DNA from: Tissierellia bacterium
GTDB taxonomy: Bacteria > Bacillota > Clostridia > Tissierellales > Peptoniphilaceae
Reading direction: 5' to 3'
Assembly (NCBI GenBank): GCA_012728335.1
Contig: JAAYFG010000055.1
Span: 967 to 64,966, forward strand
DNA length: 64,000 nt
Part shown: in pieces, positions 63,577-64,000 of the stretch
How positions within the stretch are numbered: the first letter of the stretch is position 1
How the letters are laid out: the number at the start of each line of letters is the position of its first letter
Made by a program: the position numbers and the translations under genes
The notes under the pieces: model-generated
What the model was told of the DNA's origin: nothing
What the model saw: only the letters and a program-made list of their open reading frames with translations
Databases searched by the model: none

Positions 63577-64000
63577 ATGTTAAATATAGGATGTCATCTT
63601 TCAATTTCTAAAGGTTATGAAAATATGGGGTTAACTGCTCTTGAAATAGGGGCTAATACTTTTCAGTTCTTCACACGAAATCCTCGTGGTGGTGGAGCTA
63701 AAGCTTTAGATATGGAAGATGTGAAAAAACTTAATGATATATATGAAGATAAGAATTTTGCAACATTGTTAGCGCACGCACCATATACTATTAATCCTGC
63801 ATCAAAAACGGATAAAACAAGAGATTTTGCACTAATGGCAATGAGTGAGGATATAGAACGATTAGATTTACTACCTAATAATTACTATAATTTTCATCCT
63901 GGTTCTCATGTTGGACAGGGAACTGAAAAAGGAATAAAACTAATTGTTGAAATTCTTAATCAAGTAATGAAAGAAGATATGAAAACTACAATGCTTCTAG
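63577..64000 (+). CDS. nfo: Deoxyribonuclease IV (endonuclease IV), 5' partial; runs off the window
   Basis: My translation is MLNIGCHLSISKGYENMGLTALEIGANTFQFFTRNPRGGGAKAL...LLAHAPYTINPAS...NFHPGSH, matching Nfo motifs. AGGAGGG SD. Confidence 0.85.
   Translation, partial: MLNIGCHLSISKGYENMGLTALEIGANTFQFFTRNPRGGGAKALDMEDVKKLNDIYEDKNFATLLAHAPYTINPASKTDKTRDFALMAMSEDIERLDLLPNNYYNFHPGSHVGQGTEKGIKLIVEILNQVMKEDMKTTMLL

Noticed and set aside
1-64000. Search for mobile elements, prophage genes, integrases, transposases, tRNA/rRNA genes and cas genes
   Set aside because: None recognised. The only mobility-flavoured name, TraX at 7537, is a stand-alone membrane protein with no conjugation genes nearby.

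Overview
AT-rich chromosomal segment. Gene content, codon usage and strong GGAGG-type ribosome-binding sites suggest a low-GC anaerobic Firmicute (Clostridia/Tissierellia-like); the taxon is inference. No rRNA, tRNA, CRISPR array, transposase or integrase was seen. All functions are assigned from motifs recognised by eye in the supplied translations, and no database search was run.

Gene content in order:
- 1-4.7 kb: ArsR-like regulator plus two ABC half-exporters.
- 4.8-16.2 kb: accessory-looking stretch with a beta-lactamase-family secreted protein, three GNATs, TraX, an MFS transporter, hemolysin III, PfpI, pta, an NhaC-like transporter and a VOC protein.
- 16.5-17.4 kb: rplM-rpsI.
- 17.7-32.3 kb: molybdoenzyme island. 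It holds a polyferredoxin, an FeS subunit, a Tat-signal molybdopterin oxidoreductase, a TorD-like chaperone and mobA. These are followed by a Moco riboswitch, modABC, moeA, moaA, moaC, MOSC, a MoeA-like gene, mog, tatA, tatC and mobB.
- 33.5-34.5 kb: 1-kb intergenic region full of GC-rich structured repeats.
- 34.5-40.8 kb: ABC exporter, lipoprotein, AKR-FeS protein, zinc-ribbon membrane protein, MATE transporter and YjbQ.
- 40.8-44.1 kb: PyrR-attenuated pyrF-pyrE, an acpS-nnrD fusion and mazF.
- 44.4-49.8 kb: secondary cell-wall polysaccharide cluster (GT4, DUF4330, O-antigen-ligase-like, csaB, tagA-like).
- 49.8-57.5 kb: tkt, RNase H1, dCMP deaminase, mscL, patatin, formamidase and a stand-alone PD-(D/E)xK protein.
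- 57.6-61.4 kb: TPP-riboswitch-controlled ykoE-(THI5-like)-ykoD-ykoC ECF operon.
- 61.6-64.0 kb: AAC(6')-like GNAT, T-box-controlled tyrS and a partial nfo.

Observations most worth following up:
1. An in-frame TGA, followed by a hairpin, interrupts the molybdopterin oxidoreductase catalytic subunit.
2. The repeat cluster at 33.6-34.4 kb shows compensatory stem changes and promoter-like sequences, so it may encode paralogous sRNAs.
3. Two ABC exporter genes have N-terminal coding sequence with no usable canonical start: one has a TAA at codon 3, the other has only ATT/ATC behind a perfect SD.
4. mazF has no adjacent antitoxin gene.
5. A signal-less THI5/ThiY-like protein sits inside the thiamine ECF operon.
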